A stretch of DNA of 64,000 bases from Lingula anatina (lineage: Eukaryota; Animalia; Brachiopoda). A program made the translations under genes and the position numbers. The notes under the pieces were generated by a model that was given only the letters and a program-made list of their open reading frames with translations, had not been told where the DNA came from and searched no databases. Each line of letters begins with the position of its first letter. Within the stretch, counting starts at the first letter, position 1. The stretch lies in contig CM120640.1 in NCBI GenBank assembly GCA_051362555.1, positions 39,968,788-40,032,787 on the forward strand. The letters run 5' to 3'. Shown here in pieces: positions 60,902 to 64,000 of this stretch.

Positions 60902-61464
60902 AATACATATCGTTGCACATAGTTATACCGGTATACCAATAGCTTTAAACACAATTCGATTTGGCTTCCCGCTAGAGCTGTCATGAAGTTGACAGCAGAA
61001 TAAAACGTACTATTACGTGAAAAATATCACACAACTTAAAGATCCGACCTAGGTCATGGAATCTCCAATTTACATACACATGAAAAGAAATATGCATTCG
61101 GAACACGTCCTCCAGCAATTACCGATAGTTACGCAGCTTTTCACATGGTTTAAGAGGGTCGTAAATCTCGACATTTCATGTCAGCAATGCAATCTTTCAC
61201 TTACAGAGCTCTCAAAACCAACTATTTTGTCGTACAATGGGGCAGTTCATAATGTTTTACTGTTAAGTGTTGTGAACAAGACCAAGGCAATTTTAGTGTA
61301 AAACTGAGGTAGATTAAAGAACATCCCTTCATGTTCTCGTACATGTACTAGTACCTGTGCTAAATATTTCCCGTTTGAAGTCGCAAAGCCTGGGATAAAA
61401 GGAGCAAACTGGTCGGATCTGATGGCCTTCATTTGGTGCTTTTAGGGGTGAAAATAACTAGTAA

Positions 61465-61790
61465 ACCCACACTTAGGTTCTATACTTGGTAAAGCCTTGG
61501 CAGATGCAATGAAATCTATAGTCATTTACGCAGCGGTGTCAGAATATCTTTGTAAAATCGCAATATGAGACAAACTTACGGAACAATGTTTAAATAATGG
61601 CACTTACCTTGCCTACGTACATTCCCACTAGAATATAAGAGCTCTGGGTCCAGTCAATTGGCTGAACTTGATATATCAAGTAAACTGATTTACTTACCTT
61701 ACGAACACTCATGTTGAGGACTAAGATCTGTTGCCCATATCCGTGCTTTTTAAACGAAGACTGGTACAATGCAGTACAGTGCACAGTGGG
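61465..61790 (-). pseudogene. Decayed multi-exon gene fragment, paralogous to 57585-57975
   Basis: Exon-like segments PIDWTQSSYILVGMYVGK and IF*HRCVNDYRFHCICQGF are bounded by AG acceptors and GT donors. A stop codon is present. Confidence 0.35.
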
Positions 61791-62890
61791 AGGAAGACTT
61801 GCTGTAAAAAAGACTAGAGCTACAAATCAACCAGGAGTCATACTCGCTGCCGGAAGGCGGATTGATTGTGTGTTAACTTTAGCAAAAATCAATTTCTTGC
61901 AGTTTCAATGAATGACCCCATTTCGCGTCCCATTTACTGGACCTATGGGCTTCGCCGATGATCATGCGTTTCCAGATGAAACATATCGAACGCTCTGTTT
62001 GTTTTGTTTCACTTGAGCTGCTCTTGCTGACACACCGCAAAAGTCAAAAATCGAATTTCCATGAATATTTTAACAGAGCCCTGTGCCTGACAATAGTTAC
62101 GGATGCGCAAAGCTAAAAGCTTTCACTAATAGCTCCGACCCATGGACTGCTTAAGATCTACACATTCACCGATTGTGGCGCGACGTATCTTTTCTCTTAG
62201 TATAAGCTTACACTTTTCATCTCTACAGCGATAATGGTTACTAGCTAGACCCCTGATTTGTTCAAGTTTACCTTGAAGAATGGGATACTCATGGCAGGGC
62301 TATTTTGCTATATTGCATGTAGCTACTTACGTCTATTTGAGTCATTTACACATATCTTTCAAACTGCATTTCGCTCTGTATCATCGGAAAAAAAGATGCA
62401 GTGAATGGAAAGCACTGTCACACAGCATGAGAGACACTTACTGCACCTCGAGTTGTATTGCCTTTCTTATTTTGCTGTTTCTTCGTTCTTTTCATTTGTG
62501 GTTTGTATTTATGTACCTCCCGTATTAATAACCAACGTCAGATGAATTTCCATGCTCAAAAATATAGCGTGCAATTCTAACATAGTCGTGCTCTTTAGCC
62601 CACACGCACGGACGTACGGAAACAGGAAAACAAGCACGCACGCACTAATTAATTTTCTTTCAGCGTCTGGTATTAGTTTCATTTACTATATACTTGAATA
62701 CCTCTTGATTTTTGTTGTAAGATTATCAAATTAGATTCAGTGATACCCATATCCCACACATCCATACCTTCCTCGTCTCCCACTCATATTATTGTGACAA
62801 TAGTGTGGCCGTATTTCGTGATCTCTACGACCATGGTGTCTCCTCGAGCGTGGTGATAAAGTAAGGTAAATATTAAATTCGTGGGAGTAC

Positions 62891-63192
62891 CTCTCTCTCT
62901 CCACTCTCTCTCTCTCTCTCTCTCTCTCCACTCTCTCTCTCTCTCTCTCTCTCTCTGACTGGGTTCCCATGCCTAGCTGGATCTAACTCTAGATCTAACT
63001 CCCTGGGGAGTCTCACTAAATTATTATCAACTTAACCGGCTTAAATGTCTGTCACGCGTACCAAATCAGCTAGGGTAAAGATATAATTACTAACAGTTTT
63101 TCTAGGCGTGACATACATTAAAGCCGGGTAAGTTGATAGCAATTTAGTGAGACTCCCCAGGGGGATAGATCGATCCAATTATCTGTGGGAAT

Positions 63193-63230
<38 letters not shown>
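62891..63230. repeat. (CT)n microsatellite interrupted by a foldback element
   Basis: (CT)n at 62891-62956 and at ~63195-63230. Confidence 0.9.
62957..63196. mobile_element. ~240-bp foldback (palindromic) MITE-like element inserted in (CT)n
   Basis: Arms CCCTGGGGAGTCTCACTAAATTATTATCAACTTAACCGGCTTAAATGTCTGTCACGC / GCGTGACATACATTAAAGCCGGGTAAGTTGATAGCAATTTAGTGAGACTCCCCAGGG, with weaker pairing out to GACT...AGTC. Related to 52303-52538. Confidence 0.82.
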
Positions 63231-63234
<4 letters not shown>

Positions 63235-64000
63235 TAGCAGTTACCATGTTGACATATACAGTGTAAGCTTGCGCGTGAGTGTTTGTCTGCGCGCGTGCTG
63301 TGTGTGTGTGTGTGTGTGTTTGAGAAAGAGAGATGGAGGGAGGGAGATAGTGAGTCTACCTTTACATTTCTACCCGCTCACCCCCACCCCCGTTTTGACC
63401 TACTTTGTATGCCAGGCCTATCTCCAGTATTAATAAGACTTACCTGCCGTCTCGGTCAACTCACGCTCTTATACCCTAAACCTTGTTAGCACATTAAATA
63501 TCAGCAACAAAATACTCATGTCCTTCAATTCAAGAGTACGTGTATACCCATTGTCTCAAAATTACACACTAACGTCATCTGCTTGCCTATACGCATATAC
63601 TAACATATTTTAGATTTGAAGTCTCTTTCACTTACGTCAATTTGATTGTGAATATCTCAAATATCGAAGGACCAATTTCCATCAGGGAAACTGACGAGAG
63701 TGGGAGGATGCTGTGAGTAGATGAAGTAACATCATTTATGACAGCGACAATGGTAAGCAGATGGTTCTAAATAACTGTTATTAAGCCATGTTCACATTAC
63801 TCTACACCTATTGGATCTGATTCGACGTAGAACCGCGTTAAAGCCCGGTTTACGTTTGGGACTATAACCATGTAAACTTGAATGCTTGAGTTCAGATATG
63901 GAGGGCTTGGCTTGACAGTGGTGATTGCAATGACGGGCAGCTCTCCCTAGCCCCACAATCAATTTACAGCTAATTGTTTATAGGCGACGTGCCTCTGATT

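Overview
AT-rich, intron-rich animal genomic DNA. It is probably a marine invertebrate such as a lophotrochozoan; that is an inference from the repeat types and gene structures. I reconstructed four protein-coding genes by hand from GT-AG splice sites and reading frames. (1) A typical 2-Cys peroxiredoxin (+, 11254-15188, 5 coding exons, 201 aa). (2) A complete 20-coding-exon MAP3K1/MEKK1 (-, 33674-19258, about 1494 aa; SWIM, RING/PHD, TOG-like and kinase domains). (3) An uncharacterised, largely disordered Ser/Pro/Arg-rich protein head-to-head with MAP3K1 (+, 36816-46204, about 881 aa). (4) A Di-Ras GTPase (-, 51229-50630). A further minus-strand transcript probably starts near 5.0 kb and runs off the left edge. 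Mobile DNA includes a 2.2-kb Helentron/DINE-1-type (HINE) element carrying a 146-bp tandem array, hAT elements with 5-bp TSDs, a 6-bp-TSD MITE and several foldback elements. The most notable observations are three. First, a cluster of alternative phase-0 5' exons could each splice in frame onto the peroxiredoxin and give it different N-terminal extensions. Second, Di-Ras shows the same design. Third, the HINE array carries near-perfect nuclear-receptor DR1/RORE elements. All isoform and regulatory claims are predictions from sequence only.
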